DNA of 64,000 bases from Nemertoderma westbladi (lineage: Eukaryota; Animalia; Xenacoelomorpha), in contig JAUCBJ010006864.1 in the NCBI GenBank assembly GCA_032718475.1, forward strand, positions 38,350 to 102,349. Reading direction: 5' to 3'. The notes under the pieces are model-generated. The model was not told the origin of the DNA. It was given only the letters and a program-made list of their open reading frames with translations, and ran no database searches. Positions within the stretch are counted from its first letter, which is position 1. The number at the start of each line of letters is the position of its first letter. The position numbers were made by a program, and so were the translations under genes. Shown here piece by piece: positions 61,381 through 64,000 of this stretch.

Positions 61381-61804
61381 TGGGGGCCTCGAGATTGGGC
61401 AATCAACCAACTCGTGCCACCCCAACAAAATGGGAAGGTGAACCACACAATAAGGGTCAGGGGCCAAACCCCTAACCAAGAGAGAACAGGTGGAGTGAAC
61501 GGGACACTCCAAAGGGCGCCAACAAGGGTATCAACCAATCGGAGGGGGGAAGGCACCGATTGAGTAGAGCAATAAGGCCACCGTGCAATATAACCAGTAA
61601 CCAGTAATCATATTACCTCAGTTATCTCAGTGTTATTGGTACTACTGTAAGAATAGTTTAGCTAGGGAAGTACCGGGATTTCAGTTACCGTCTCCCGCCT
61701 TCCGTGTACAACAATATTACCAGTCATCATTATCTATATCTATATTGTATATACCTCGGACATTGCAATACAACGAACAACAGAAACTCTTTATCTTTCA
61801 CACA
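61381..61804 (+). repeat. Probable 5' LTR of a second BEL/Pao-like element
   Basis: TG...CACA ends, TCAGTT initiator-like motifs and an AATACA near the end. A gag-like ORF lies directly downstream. The partner LTR is not in the window. Confidence 0.5.
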
Positions 61805-61941
61805 CGGCGGGGACGCGTGAACTGACAAAACGGATAAATCGGGATCCTTCCTGGATCCCGTCACAGTAACTGAAGCGAGCTGCCGCCCTAGTCAAACTGT
61901 AAAACTAGCTAAACCACCAGTCACCAATCTGCAGAAGAGAG

Positions 61942-64000
61942 ATGAGTCAGTCAGGTGAATCGACACCGACGCGGACCCCGGACGAAGAGCAAACGATCCG
62001 CGAGGCCGCGACCAGGCGGTATAGGCCCACGACGCCGGAGCCATCGGTAACGGGTGACCCGGAAGTCCAAGATGAGGGGGACCGTCTGGAATCAGAATCC
62101 GAGTTGAGAGGAGAGGGAGTCGAGTTGGAGGATAGAGAGAACGAGGTCGAGGGAGAAAGAGAGGAGTCGACACGGAACGAGGGTCGACGTGCCGACGTCG
62201 CGGGCCAGCCACAGGCCGAGGGCGACGGACGGCCCACCGGAACGGCGACGGTGGGGCCGACGGTACGACGCCGGACCCGGAGAGACGACGGGGATGTCGA
62301 CACCGATGTCGCGGGCCAGCCACAGGCCGAGGGCGACGGACGGCCCACCGGAACGGCGACGGTGGGGCCGCCGGTACGACGTCGAACCCGAAGAGACGGA
62401 GGAGAGGTCGGCGACGAGGACGTCGGGGTTTCTGATCGACTTCGACGGGCCTACAACGCGACCCGGAGACTACTAGAGGAGGCCAGAAAGGGGAAAATGA
62501 TAGACGAGGTAAAACTGAACTCGGGACTAGGTAAGTCGGACAGATATTTACATTATCTAATGCGCTTCGGGCAGAGAGAATTGGCCGAGGAGAGAGCGAC
62601 AAGGGTTGCCGAGGAACTGTATGACTCATGGCGGTATGGGGGTATACAACCTAGAGTAGTGTACATAGGGCCATACTTAATCGATGCCCGGGGTATAAAA
62701 TCAGTGGGTTGGAACAGACCTGAGGAGGGCGAACCCGAGGTTGACCCTGCGGGTTCGGTCTCGTCGGTCGGAGGGAGTTCCGGGAAGGGGGGGAGAGCTA
62801 GTAGATCGGGAAGGCGGAAGGAATCCGTCAGAACCGATAAGTCTGCTACATCCTCCGTAAAAGAAAGACGGGTGAGAGCGATAGATGCCACGTATCGTAT
62901 CGACCTGATAACGCAAGGTCAGGAAGAAATAGCTAAACAGTTAGAGGAAGGGAAGGTGCTACTAGAGAGGGAAGCGGTGTCGATTAGAGAGACAAGAGAG
63001 ATGGCCGAGAGGGCCATAAGGAGCCTTAGGGAGTATGATGAAATAGAGCGGAAGGAACAAGAGGAGCGTGTGGCAAGAGAGAAAAGTGAACGCAAGGAGC
63101 GTGAGGCGAAGTGGGAAAGTGAACGAAAGGAACGTGAGGCGGAACGTGAGGCGGAACGAAAGGAACGTGAGGCGGAACGTGAGAAACGTGAGGCGAGGGA
63201 AGAAAGTGAACGCAGAGAGCGTAAGGCGAGGCGAAGGGAGGGGATTAGGAGAGAGATGGAATTGGCCAAGCAGAACGAACGGGAGGCTATGGATAAAATG
63301 GCGGAAGAGGGGCGTGAGCAGGAAGAATTGAAAAAACGCCAAAGGGAGTTTGTAGAGTACAAGGCTAGACAGACGCGCGAACTAAGACTGGCGCGGGCAG
63401 GGGTGTCTGAGAGCGGGACGGGCTCGAGTATCTTCGAGGAGCAAGAGGCCGTGGATGTATTTATTAATGCCCCACTTACAGGGACCGCAAGACGGACCCG
63501 AAACTGGTGTGACCGTACGAGCGGGGGGGGGGGGGGGGGGTAACAATATTACAGTTAATATTAATAATACTGTATTGAACGACCCTAACCAAATCTTTAT
63601 TGCAGGAAATACTTTACCTAATAGTAATAATTTTATTTTAAATCAGAACGATTCTAATATTAACGTGCAAAATAATTCTAATAACGTAGTTATACAAAGT
63701 AACCCAAATAATTTAAATAATAACCCGAATTCGATTTTACAAAATAATCCAAATAATGTTATAACGCAAAATAATGTTTCTAACTTTGGTGCGCAGGACA
63801 ATTTGGGTGCACTAGAGGATACTCACGGTGGTGTTATTAATGTAAACGCATCCGGCGTACATAGCCCGGCGGGTGAGGGCCTGGTAGGCCACGTAGTCAG
63901 TAGGCCGGAAGTGGCATGGTTGAGCCAACCCGAGGTAGGCCTGGTAGGCCTCGTACATAGTAGGCCGAAAGCGGCGGGGTTGAGCCAACGCCGCCAGATT
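61942..64000 (+). CDS. BEL/Pao-like gag N-terminus (acidic repeats, E/R/K coiled coil, Asn-rich segment); frameshift in the G-run at 63523-63540; runs off the window
   Basis: VDPAGSVSSVG resembles the BEL P.DSVS motif and is followed by an S/R-rich tract and a long coiled coil. The frame starting at 63542 stays open to 64000. Confidence 0.6.

Overview
AT-rich, transposon-dense eukaryotic DNA, most likely from an invertebrate animal. I can support two host genes. One is an intronless 739-aa C2H2 zinc-finger gene (+, 23397-25616) with 11 fingers behind a 45-aa repeat array carrying 15 SUMO-consensus sites. The other is a six-exon, signal-peptide/GPI-type alpha-carbonic anhydrase (-, 36828-27232, 318 aa, with a 15-bp micro-exon). 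Almost everything else is nested mobile DNA. A decayed Gypsy pol (about 1.8-20.7 kb) is split by a young LINE and by a 14.3-kb BEL/Pao-type LTR element (CTTGT TSD). That element's 5' LTR holds a non-autonomous hAT, which in turn holds a LINE fragment. The window also has piggyBac-, Harbinger- and Crypton-like non-autonomous elements, Penelope, CRE-like, RTE and other LINE remnants, two MITE-related satellites, and the start of a second BEL/Pao-like element at the right edge. The most unusual observations are: (1) both BEL-like elements lack a TGG tRNA primer-binding site and instead have a post-LTR sequence complementary to their own LTR, the geometry of Tf1-style self-priming; (2) the first BEL has lost RT and integrase but carries an unknown 3' ORF and a duplicated covarying RNA hairpin; (3) the poly-SUMO-motif zinc-finger protein; (4) a hammerhead-like motif in the sense strand of a carbonic anhydrase intron. 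All calls were made by eye, with no database searches.
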